A stretch of DNA of 63,520 nt, the filler included, from Welwitschia mirabilis (Eukaryota), in NCBI GenBank assembly GCA_051453625.1. It is 7 parts of one record of this genome, joined end to end, with 100 filler letters (N's around TTAATTAATTAA, not from the genome) between each part and the next. Parts side by side here need not be neighbours in the genome. Positions count along the whole stretch, not along the records: positions 21,859 to 42,707 come from JBOZIK010000001.1; positions 42,808 to 52,166 come from JBOZIK010000001.1; 5 more parts are not named here. One strand, written 5' to 3'. Shown here one piece after another: positions 37,501-49,900 of the stretch (positions are counted from its first letter, which is position 1; each line of letters opens with the position of its first letter). The translations under genes and the position numbers were made by a program. A model generated the notes under the pieces. It made no database searches and had not been told where the DNA came from. It saw only the letters and a program-made list of their open reading frames with translations.

Positions 37501-40500
37501 AGATGATTAATGCTTCATGTGCCTACCTTGTATGATGATCCACTTGAAGTAAAAAATTTGAATCCTTTAGACCACGATGAACACAATTATGAATACCTTA
37601 GAATTAACTATTTTAATTAGGAGAATGAATAAATAGAATCTATGATCTAGGAAGAAGTCTAACATTTAAAAACAACTAATATTCCATATTTTTAGGGAGT
37701 TCATCCACCTCTGTCATTTAGACGATGTTCAAAGATGGTAGTCAACTCTGAGAAAATAATGATAGATACTAAAAATTTTAACTTAACCTAAAACCTTTAC
37801 CTAGTGATCTAAAATATATCTTTTTGTTTAATGATTAGAATAAATTTTTAATAATAAATAAAAAATATTTCCCCTAAATAAGAATCAACTTTAATCTCAC
37901 TTTTGAATTCTAAGATTAATGCATTTGCTTAGACTCATAAGCATTTAATAGCCATTCCTACTTTCATTATTTAATATAAAATCTACCTTGAGGATGATGC
38001 AAAACCAGTTAGATAATCCTAAACAAGACTAAATCCAACCCTTGAATAAGTAGTTAAAAATGAAATCATTAAATTAATGAATGCTAGAATTATTTTCTAC
38101 CATTTTTTATAGTGCCTGGATCAGTTGTTTAATGGTACTATCTAAAAAAGAAGGGAAATGAAGAATGTGTATTGATTTTAGAAAGATTAAAGAAGTAACA
38201 AAAAAGGACCATTACATGTTACCTTTTCTAGACTAAATTCTTGATATAATCTAAGGACATGCCTTTTGTTACTTTCTTGATGGGTATAGTAGTTAAAATC
38301 AGGTTTGTATAGATAGTGAAGATCAAGTAAAAATAACTTTCACTTTACCTTTTGAGACACTTACTTTTTAATGCATGTTTTTTGGACTTTGTAATGCCCC
38401 TGGAACTTTTTAACATGTAATGATGGGTATATTTTTTGATATGTTAGAGGATTCAATTGAAATTTTTATTGATAACTTCTTAATATTTAATGAAAACTTT
38501 TAATAAATCATAGAAAGGTTAGAGAAAGTTCTTAATAGATGCATTGAGAGTGGTACACATTTGAGTTGGAAGAAGAGTTTCTTTCTAGTTGATAATGGAA
38601 TTGTCTTAGGTTATTACATATCTAGAAAGGGAACTAGGATGGACCCTTAAAAAGTAAGTATCATTAAAACCTAACCCCTACAATAAGTGTAAAACAAGTT
38701 CAATATTTCCTAAGTCATTGTGATTTTTATCATCATTTCATTCAAGATTATGCTAAATTTATAAACCCCTTTACTGATTACTTAGAAAAGAACATAAATT
38801 TGATTGAAATGAATCTTGTCAACTTTCTTCTAAAACTCTTAAAGATAAAATATCTTTCACACCTATAGTAATGGGACCTAATTGGAATAAAGATTTTGGA
38901 TTAATATTTGATGTTATTAATACTTCTATAGGTGTGTTTCTTAGATAAAAGTATGAAAAAGATTTTAAATTTGTATTTTATCATAGTAAAACTTTATCTA
39001 AAACTCAATTAAATTAAACTACTACTAAGAAAGAAATGTTAGCCATAATATTTTGCCTTGATAAGCTTAGACACTATCTTTTAGGCTTTTATATGATTAT
39101 TTACATTGATCATGTAGCTATTAGATACCTCATGACTAAGAAAGATTATAGTTATAGACTCATTAGATGGATTCTTCTTATGCAAGAATCCAATCTTACC
39201 ATCATTGATAATGTAGAGAAATATAATAGTGTAGCAAATCATTTATCGCATATTTCTTCTTCTCTTGATGATCTTTTAGTTAATGATTTTTTTCTAAATG
39301 AACAACTTTTTATCATTTCTTCTACTCATCCTCCTCCTTAATAGGCTGACATAGTTAATTATCTTATTACCATAAAAACACCATAACATTAGAGCCATAA
39401 TTAAAAAAAATCTTTTTTTCTTAGAATAGATGATTATAAATGGAATGAGCCACATCTTCACCATAGGTGCAAGGATCAAATCATGAGAAAATATGTGCCT
39501 GAATGGGAAAAATTAGACATCTTTCATTTTTCCATGATGGTGTTTGTGGAGATTACTTTAGTGAATAGAAAATAGCAATGAAAATTTCTCACTCTAGTTT
39601 TTATTGGCCTAGTCTTTTTTAGGACTCTTTTGATTTTATTAAAATGTGTGATGCTTATCAATGTTATGGTATTCCCATTTGTTCTCATAATATGTCCTTT
39701 AAACCTATTCTTGAATATGAACCTTTTGGTTATTGAGAAATTTATTTTATAGGCCCTATTAAACCACCTTCTAATGATAAGAATTACATTTTAGTAGCTA
39801 TTGAGTATGTTACTAGATATGTTAAAGCTATTCCTACTTTTACGAATAATGCTCAAACTATTTACAACTTTGCTAGAACTTATATTTTTCAATGTTTTAG
39901 TTTTTCTAGAATTATTGTTAGTAACTAAGGAACTCATTTTATAAATTATTTTTTAGGAGACTTTTTTTATCCACTAGCATTTAATATAGAATAGCTTTTT
40001 CTTATTATTTACAAACCAATGGTCAAGCTAAAAATGTCTTTGTTAATAAGAAANNNNNNNNNNNNNNNNNNNNNNNNNNNNNNNNNNNNNNNNNNNNNNN
40101 NNNNNNNNNNNNNNNNNNNNNNNNNNNNNNNNNNNNNNNNNNNNNNNNNNNNNNNNNNNNNNNNNNNNNNNNNNNNNNNNNNNNNNNNNNNNNNNNNNNN
40201 NNNNNNNNNNNNNNNNNNNNNNNNNNNNNTATCCATCAACTTAATTTTGTTGACTTACATGAAAATATTAAAAATTAACTAGCCTAACTTACTCACTTAG
40301 ATAAAAAATTTACTCATGCCATACATCATCAACTCATTCACAAAGCCTGAGCTAAGTTTAAATATGATAAAAAGTTGATTCATAAAAGGTTTAAACCTGG
40401 TCAACTTATTCTTTTATACAACACTAGAGTGCATCTTCTACATAACAAGTTAACCTCTAAATGGTGAGTTCCTTATCTTATAGAAAAAGTATATTATAAT

Positions 40501-42707
40501 GGCTTAATTGAGATTTCCGATTTAGACATAAGGAAGATTTTGAAAGTTAATGAACAAAGGTCAAAAATTTATTAAAAAAACCTTTTCAAACAATCTTGGA
40601 CATGATAGAAGAACTTGTTTAAGAGGTTATACTCGATGAGAGGACCTCCTCCCTACCATTGTTTTAAATCTCTCTTACCTGATTCCTTTGATGGATGTTA
40701 TGCTATGACTTGATCATATTTAACTTGACTTACATATTTACTTTATGGAGTTTTCATGGCTAGTACTCATAGTTGGATATTTTCTAGTGATAAAATTGAG
40801 TTCATCTAATCTTAAGATATTCACACATTTATAAACTTAATTTTGAAGGAAGATGCCTTGATTCTTGTATTTTTCTTAATGGTGTGAGATATTTGATTAT
40901 TTAGGTGTTTTTTTGTCTTTCATTTCATTTCTTTACTTTTGTCTTTGAGAGTGTGTAATCATGTGCATTTTACTTTTGAAAGAATAAAAAGAAGAGGAGA
41001 AAAAAGAAGAAGAAAAGAATAATGACCATGATTTATTATATCTGTGCTAAATACATTATTACCATAATGTCCTACTGCACTAGGGTAAATTTTCTAGAAA
41101 GGGACCTTTGGTAGCCTTGATAGCTAAGGAAACTCCACTAGGAGATCAATTGGTAATGCTTCATAAGTCCTTACTTCTCTAACTATGATTGTGCTACTTT
41201 CATCATGGAAGATATTAATAAAACTTTGAGGCTATGAAATCAGTGATGTTCATGGTATCATCAGAGGCATTTCTTATTTCCTAGACTCTGAGTATTCCCA
41301 CATGACCATTTTACTTTTGAGAATTAAGATGTGTTTTGGAATGTGAGCAAATAAGTTCATTTCTAAGTAGCTTTTGATCTTATCATTCATTATTTATAGC
41401 ACTTAATCTTTGGTATCATTATAATCACTACCTTATCGAGTGGAACTTTATAAAGTTAATACATCTTATCATGCATAATTACTAAAGTGATTTTATGATG
41501 TCTTCCAAGGGGGATTGCTAGATTAGTATTTAGGTTAGGTATGTTATCTTCTTCATGTTTCTATTTATTCACTTTCCTTATAATTTTTCTTTAATTTTTT
41601 GGTTTGTTATTTCAAATTCATCTTCATACTTTTTTATCATCATTTTTAGCACCTTGTCATTTAGTAGTTTCCTTCTTATTATTTTCATTTTCACTCATTT
41701 ATTGATAAAAGTTGATTTTCTTTTAGCATTTTGATTAAATGATGTTTGTTATGATTTCTATAATGTTCCTTTAAGTATTTTAGAGTTCTACATATTTTTC
41801 ATGACCATTTTTTAGTTCAAGAATATTTGGTATGTTTTTTTGATATGCTTCTTCCTATTTAGTATATTTTCATCATCCTATCTTTTGATTACTTAGATTT
41901 TTCCTCATTCCCTATCTTTATTCATCATGATTCTTCACCATTCCTCTCTTTTATAATTTCTAGTAAATTCTGATACCTTCACACTGATATCTAAGCCTAA
42001 TATTTTTAGCTAATATTTTCATTCTTTTAGAACTTTTCAAAGTTCCATTATTTGTTCTATTATTTGGATGATAAGCCAAATGACATTTGATATTTTTCTG
42101 ATAGTCATCCTAGGGCTATTGTCCAGATGAACTAAGTAAATGATAGTGTATTAAAATTGTGGCCTGACCTTCTTTTCCACTATTTTTCTTCATTTTTGTG
42201 TCATTTTTTCTGTTCTTTTGAGAGGTGATCATCATGTTTAAATCTACTAATATTTTGAAACTTTCACATACAAGTTTAGCACCCCAGATTGCAAGATTTA
42301 ATTGAATTTGTCAAAATGAGATATGTTTTTCTCTCCCTCATTATTTTTTATTTTTTCTCCCATTTTTTGATGTTTTGAAGTGTATTTTTCAAATATTTCA
42401 TTCAGTTTTTGTGCTCTTCAATTTTGTACTTACGGACCTAATTTTTATTGAGTATTTTGCATGATATCTACATCTGTGTATTTTACAATGTAGAATTGGA
42501 TTTTTTATCTTTCATCCTTATTTTCTTTCAAATCATTAGCTAAAATGTAGTGATCCTTATATGTAAATTAATTAGCACAATGAGATCTATGCTTCTACTA
42601 AATTAGATTTTTGATTTGAGTACTTTCATTTTTAACCTTCTATGTGGTCCACCTAATTTACACTTTTTATTTCTCTTACATTTCATGCTATTTCTTTGCA
42701 TGATTAG
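31600..42707 (+). mobile_element. Athila-like Ty3/Gypsy, near full length (5' LTR 31600-32852, no 3' LTR before the scaffold spacer)
   Basis: PBS tggcaccatagttggaaa (tRNA-Asp type, 32856-32873). Order is gag, PR, RT, RH, IN, then a long 3' region. Confidence 0.9.
33685..40600 (+). pseudogene. Athila-like gag-pol, heavily decayed, protease region duplicated across the gap
   Basis: YPIFSRDNHKDPLQHI; LKEKAKLWL; CDLCEDNCHMTKEC; ALIDIGVSVNIMP; RMCIDFRK...KKDHY.LPFLD; FLDGYS; MLAIIFCLDKLRHYLLG; FYWPSLF; YILVAIEYVT; QTNGQAK. Confidence 0.92.
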
Positions 42708-44339
42708 NNNNNNNNNNNNNNNNNNNNNNNNNNNNNNNNNNNNNNNNNNNNTTAATTAATTAANNNNNNNNNNNNNNNNNNNNNNNNNNNNNNNNNNNNN
42801 NNNNNNNCTTTAGGAAAGCTATAATTATGAATTTTTAAATTACTTCTTTTTTTCTATACTTTTTCAAATTTACTATAGTGTTTTTTTATACCTTTTGAAA
42901 TCTAATGAATTTCTTGTAAGATCCTTTAGGAAAGCTATAACTTCCTGTAAATATATTAGTTATCAGTGTTACTAACTAAGACATTAGGGCAAGTGTCTAT
43001 GGCTATAATTCACTTTATTAAAATGCCACAACCATACTCATATTACAATAGTTTTATCATCAATTCATTTAAAGCAATCACAGGAAGATTAATAATTAGT
43101 GAAATGCAAAAAAGGGAACATTTACCTTCTCTGAAAATGAATAGAAGTCGGGTTCAAAAAGGAGAAAATCCAATAGGCAATCATAGGANNNNNNNNNNNN
43201 NNNNNNNNNNNNNNNNNNNNNNNNNNNNNNNNNNNNNNNNNNNNNNNNNNNNNNNNNNNNNNNNNNNNNNNNNNNNNNNNNNNNNNNNNNNNNNNNNNNN
43301 NNNNNNNNNNNNNNNNNNNNNNNNNNNNNNNNNNNNNNNNNNNNNNNNNNNNNNNNNNNNNNNNNNNNNNNNNNNNNNNNNNNNNNNNNNNNNNNNNNNN
43401 NNNNNNNNNNNNNNNNNNNNNNNNNNNNNNNNNNNNNNNNNNNNNNNNNNNNNNNNNNNNNNNNNNNNNNNNNNNNNNNNNNNNNNNNNNNNNNNNNNNN
43501 NNNNNNNNNNNNNNNNNNNNNNNNNNNNNNNNNNNNNNNNNNNNNNNNNNNNNNNNNNNNNNNNNNNNNNNNNNNNNNNNNNNNNNNNNNNNNNNNNNNN
43601 NNNNNNNNNNNNNNNNNNNNNNNNNNNNNNNNNNNNNNNNNNNNNNNNNNNNNNNNNNNNNNNNNNNNNNNNNNNNNNNNNNNNNNNNNNNNNNNNNNNN
43701 NNNNNNNNNNNNNNNNNNNNNNNNNNNNNNNNNNNNNNNNNNNNNNNNNNNNNNNNNNNNNNNNNNNNNNNNNNNNNNNNNNNNNNNNNNNNNNNNNNNN
43801 NNNNNNNNNNNNNNNNNNNNNNNNNNNNNNNNNNNNNNNNNNNNNNNNNNCAAAGGAGGTTAAAAAAACATAGAAACAATATTCAAAAGAGATAACACTA
43901 TTAAACAGCCAAATGCCACATCCATACTCACATCCAATCATTTTTTAATTTTACTGACTATAAAAGCATTTCAAAATAATAAAGGAGTAAATAAACGAGT
44001 TTAAAATTCAAAAAAAGTAATGAAGCTTTACCATAAAGGCATACAAACATATATCACAAGAACGATAATAAAGAAAATCCCTTCAAAGACTAAACAAAAT
44101 GAAACACCTACTTGATATTTTCATAACAGCTAAATATTTGCAAAGAACACGAGGGAAAAGGCATGAAATCTTCTCTTTGTGATGCAAGTGCTAACATAAT
44201 CATGAATGTAATGTCAAAATCATGAATGAATATTCATCTCCGAAGAAAACATAGATTCTTCTCCTGCTTCTCATTCTCGCTGTTCCATGTAACAATTCCA
44301 GTGCTGGCCTTGTGGATTGTTATCTGAACAAAGACCTAT

Positions 44340-44706
44340 AAAAGGCTTATGTTTTACTTTATGATGATTCTACACGCACGTGTTTTATTTCTGAAAACAC
44401 GCAAAAATGTAGTTTTTATGAATGAAGCTTTTACAGCTTTTGTCCAATTAGACACTTAGAAGAGCCTTGCTTTTATGGCATTTTTTCCATTAAATGCCTT
44501 AAAAGACAGAATACATTTAAGGCTTTTTTAATAAATGCTTTAAAAAGATTACATAATAGGCTTTTAATACACTTATCCAAAAAATGCCTTAAAAAGATTT
44601 CCATTCTTTATTGAAAGTGTTTATTAAAAATAAATGCCTTAAAGTATCCTATAATTAAGGAATTTATTTAAATAAACATCTTAAAGAACCCATATTTCTT
44701 GTAGTA
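44340..44706 (-). mobile_element. CACTA (En/Spm) transposon terminus with subterminal repeats
   Basis: tttcttgtagta reads TACTACAAGAAA on minus (canonical CACTACAAGAAA). About 7 direct and inverted aaatgccttaaa repeats at 44490-44690. Athila 3' sequence resumes at 44707. Confidence 0.8.
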
Positions 44707-46998
44707 TAGCATTGTCATAATCACTGCCTTATCGAATGGAATTTTTGTACATTAAGTCATGCATTTTCCACATTAAATAATGTTATGGTTTCTTTTATAA
44801 GATTCTACTAGGTCGAAATATCAGACCAGTGCGCTATCTTTTGTTATCTTATCCCCATTATTCTTGTTTTCTTTTGTGGTTTAATTAGTTATTTTAAAGT
44901 CATTACTGTATTTCTTAGCATGTTTTCCTTATTTAAGTTTTCAATAAAATATAATTTCTTGCTTAGATAAGTGTTTTCTCAATAAATTTGTGTTTTATTT
45001 TCTTCAGATTTTTGGTGTTGTAAGTGTTGCTTATGTTCTTTTTATAATAAAACATTTTATTATCTACTCTTTTTTTTACTTGTCAAAATATTTCATAAAT
45101 CTATATTTTTCAAATTTGACATTACTCAGCTTTGCACTTCGTTTTGAAAAATTTCCCACATTTTCACCATCCTTTACCTGCCTGCTCACTTTTGTGTACT
45201 TTCTTTGCTTTATTTTTTCAATATGGGATGTATTGCTTTTTCTTTGAGGAGGGCAGAGACCCCTTTACATGGCTTATTTTCAAAAATTTTTAACTTAAAT
45301 AAGATCTTTCATAAGATAAAATTTTCATACATATTATGCATTACTCGTAATTTATCTATGTGATGTGTTTTATTGGCCTATTTTATAACTTCTAGATTTA
45401 TTTTTTAAAAAAATAAATTGGCTTATAATTATGCTTTTTCTTCCTAGTTTTTATTAGGGACTGACAAAGGCTAAGTTGAGGGCTATGTTGTGCTACCAAT
45501 TTATAGTTATTTAATGGGGTTTTATGAGTTGTTTTGGAGGACTTTTACATAGGTTTAGGTNNNNNNNNNNNNNNNNNNNNNNNNNNNNNNNNNNNNNNNN
45601 NNNNNNNNNNNNNNNNNNNNNNNNNNNNNNNNNNNNNNNNNNNNNNNNNNNNNNNNNNNNTATTGCTTTTTCTTTGGGGAGGGGGGTAGGAACCCATTTT
45701 TAAGGCTCAATCTTTAAAAATTTTTAATTTAATTAAGATTTTTCATAAGATAAAATTTTCAAAATTTTCATACACATTATGCATTACTTGTTATCTATCC
45801 ATATGATGTGTTTTATGAGCTTGTTTTATAATTTCTAGATTTATCTTTTGAAAAATAAATTAACTCGCAATTATAGTTTTTTCCACTTAGTTTTTATCAG
45901 AGACTGACAAAGGCTAAGTTGGGGGCTATGTTGTGCTGCCAATTTAAGGTTATAAGTTNNNNNNNNNNAGTTATTTTACAGGACTTTTATATAGGTTTAG
46001 ATGAAATTTTGAGGATTTTGGATATACAAGAGGAAATCTCAGGAAAGTGCAATTCTTATCTAAATTTGATGTATTAAAGGCACTTACTGATGTACAAAGC
46101 TTTAAAGAAGGATTCATAATAAAAATGCTAAGTTCTCTTCAAAGAAATAATCAAAGGAGACCATTGTCCCCTCTGTTCACCCCACGACAGGTAGGACAAT
46201 GACTATTGATGTAGACTATTGAGTCATCATTTCAAGAATATTTTATAATGTGTTGTCATTCCCTATGCTATCCAGATGATAGCCCAGATGACATTAACAT
46301 GTAACTGACTCTGACAGTGACCTGTAACCATTTTATCTATTTTTAATTCATTTATGAGTGCACCTAACTGCACCTACCATTTGTCTTTTTCTGTTGTATG
46401 TTGTTATAAATAAATCCTCTTTCAACTCTTCTTCTCATCTTAATTGCACTAGACATTCTCATGACAGGAGAGCGAAGGGTGAAAGATCCATCTGTATGTG
46501 TTGTAGAAAGATATGCACTTGGTGGAGGAATGTATATCCTCCATTATGACCCAGCTGTTTTGTAACCCAGATGTTATTACTCTTTTAATATAAAACTTGG
46601 TTTTTTTCATATTTGCATGTTAGGTTCTCTGATTACTCTTATGGTTTATGATTGCTCTTGATCTGGTGATAATTTTTTGGATGACATAGATCATCAAGGG
46701 TAGCCTTTATTAAGGCTAAAAGTAAATAGAGTTAAGGTTATTTTTGCATTGCATGTTAGTTTAGATTGCATATTACATTATGCATTGTAACTTTATTCCT
46801 TGCATTTATCATTTATTTTTTGTTCCTATTCTTTTACAAAGCAATCTAAGCCTCATACTCATAGACTTCAATGAGAATACGGCATTTTGGGTCTACTCTC
46901 ACCATACTAGTGTGTTATATTATGCAAGATATTTATTTACTTTAAAATTAAAAGAATCCCTTTGACCCTAAGCACTTACATAAATACACACCGCAATA
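44707..46998 (+). mobile_element. 3' end of a second Athila-like copy: 3' UTR, PPT and 3' LTR (45929-46998)
   Basis: 44710-44760 is homologous to 41410-41460. PPT aagttgggggcta, then tgttgtgc. The LTR shares motifs with the 17.8-22.6 kb and 31.6 kb LTRs. Confidence 0.85.
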
Positions 46999-49900
46999 AG
47001 TAGGTATGGCTTTAACTCATTTAGTCACGTAATCTACAGTGACTAAAATGTAATTTTTATCAAAATAAGGTGGATGAATAGGGCCTATGAAATTAATACC
47101 CCAACAATCAAAAAGCTCATACTCAAGAATAAGTCTAAGATGAATTTCATATGAATGAACAAGGCTACCATAACAATTATAAGGATTACATCTTCTAACA
47201 AACTCAAACCAATCATAAAAAAGAGAAGGCCAATAAAAACAATATAAACAAGAATCTGAGATATCTTCCATCATAGTTTTATGTCTAATAAAATGTCCTT
47301 CACAAACACTACCATGACAAAGATGAAGAATCTCAGATATCTCTCAATCGGGCATACATTTTCTCATGATTTGATCTTTGTACCTATGGTACAAATGTGG
47401 CTCNNNNNNNNNNNNNNNNNNNNNNNNNNNNNNNNNNNNNNNNNNNNNNNNNNNNNNNNNNNNNNNNNNNNNNNNNNNNNNNNNNNNNNNNNNNNNNNNN
47501 NNNNNNNNNNNNNNNNNNNNNNNNNNNNNNNNNNNNNNNNNNNNNNNNNNNNNNNNNNNNNNNNNNNNNNNNNNNNNNNNNNNNNNNNNNNNNNNNNNNN
47601 NNNNNNNNNNNNNNNNNNNNNNNNNNNNNNNNNNNNNNNNNNNNNNNNNNNNNNNNNNNNNNNNNNNNNNNNNNNNNNNNNNNNNNNNNNNNNNNNNNNN
47701 NNNNNNNNNNNNNNNNNNNNNNNNNNNNNNNNNNNNNNNNNNNNNNNNNNNNNNNNNNNNNNNNNNNNNNNNNNNNNNNNNNNNNNNNNNNNNNNNNNNN
47801 NNNNNNNNNNNNNNNNNNNNNNNNNNNNNNNNNNNNNNNNNNNNNNNNNNNNNNNNNNNNNNNNNNNNNNNNNNNNNNNNNNNNNNNNNNNNNNNNNNNN
47901 NNNNNNNNNNNNNNNNNNNNNNNNNNNNNNNNNNNNNNNNNNNNNNNNNNNNNNNNNNNNNNNNNNNNNNNNNNNNNNNNNNNNNNNNNNNNNNNNNNNN
48001 NNNNNNNNNNNNNNNNNNNNNNNNNNNNNNNNNNNNNNNNNNNNNNNNNNNNNNNNNNNNNNNNNNNNNNNNNNNNNNNNNNNNNNNNNNNNNNNNNNNN
48101 NNNNNNNNNNNNNNNNNNNNNNNNNNNNNNNNNNNNNNNNNNNNNNNNNNNNNNNNNNNNNNNNNNNNNNNNNNNNNNNNNNNNNNNNNNNNNNNNNNNN
48201 NNNNNNNNNNNNNNNNNNNNNNNNNNNNNNNNNNNNNNNNNNNNNNNNNNNNNNNNNNNTTTGAGATTTAGACAAAGATTTTCTATGATAAGATATAACT
48301 TTAAAATCATTCTCATATTTTTGACAAAGAATCCCATCCACGACAAAGTTACTCTCATCATACATAAGCTCATAATTAAGTGCCCAATAGGGTCTTGTCA
48401 CTATAGGATCATAAGACGATTTATGTTTAAGCCGATTGAAAGTAAGTTAACAAGATTTGTTCCATTCGAATTTGACATCTTTCTCTAGTAACAAGTTAAG
48501 GAGTTTATAAATAGAAGTATAATCACAAATAAACCAATGTTTAAAACCACAATGACCAAGAAAATATTGGACTTGTTTAATGCTTGTAGAGGGACTAAGA
48601 TTTTGAATAATACCAAATTTAAAAGCATCTATCCTAATCCTCTCCTGAAATATATGGTGACCTAAAACAATACTACTCTCTACAAGAAAAAAACTCTTTT
48701 CCCAACTCAAGTGAAGGCCACTAGAAATGTATAAATCTAATACTTTCTCTAAATGATCTAAGATTTATTTAAAAGTTTTAGCATANNNNNNNNNNNNNNN
48801 NNNNNNNNNNNNNNNNNNNNNNNNNNNNNNNNNNNNNNNNNNNNNNNNNNNNNNNNNNNNNNNNNNNNNNNNNNNNNNNNNNNNNGAATTTGACATCTTT
48901 CTCTAGTAACAAGTTAAGGAGTTTACAAATAAAAGTATAATCACAAATAAATCAATGTTTAAAACCATAATGACCAAGAAAATATTGGACTTGTTTAATA
49001 CTTGTAGGGGGACTAAGATTTTGAATAATACCAAATTTAGAAGCATCTATCCTAATCGTCTCTCAAAATATATGGTGACCTAAAACAATACTACTCTCTA
49101 CAAGAAAAAAAAACTCTTTTCCCAACTCAAGTGAAGGCCACTAGAAATGTATAAATCTAATACTTTCTCTAACTGATCTAAGATTTATTTAAAAGTTTTA
49201 GCATATATAGAGAAGTCATCCATGAAAATCTCAATGGAATCCTCAAGCATATCAGAAATGATACCCATCATAGCATGCTGAGAAGCACCAGGAGCATTAT
49301 AAAGTTTGAAAGACATGCATGTAAAAGTCAAAGTACCAAAAGAAGAGGTAAAAGTCATTTTGTCTTGGTCCTATTTAGCAATGCAAACCTGATTGTAGCC
49401 ACTATAACCATTAAGGAAACAGTAAAAAGTATGACCATGAATCCTATCAAGAATCTGATTAAGAAAAGATAAAGAATAGTAATCTTTTTTAGTTACCTCA
49501 TTTAATTTTCGAAAGTCTATACACATATGCCATTTCCCACCCTTTTTAGAAACTACTATCAAGAGGCTAATCCACTTAATATTAGCAATGGAGTAAATAA
49601 TTTAAGCATCTATAAGTTTTATTATTTCATCTTTAATAATTTGTTTAAGGGTTAAATTAAGTCTACATTGGGATTACCTCACAGGTTTAGCATTTTCTTT
49701 GAGGTAGATTTTATATTACACAATGAAAGTAGGTATGGCTCTTAAATCATTATGGGACCAAGCAAACACATTTACCTTAGATTCTAAAAGAGAGATGAGA
49801 CTCGATTCTTATTAAGAGAAAACATTTTTATTGATAATCAATGGGTTGTTTAGATCACTATTCAAAAGAATGTATTTTAGTCCACTGTCTAAAGGTTTCA

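Noticed and set aside
31600..46998. Treating the LTRs at 31600 and 45929 as one full-length element
   Set aside because: Flanks differ (TGAGA vs AGTAG), a scaffold spacer intervenes, the LTRs are very diverged and the 3' region is represented twice.
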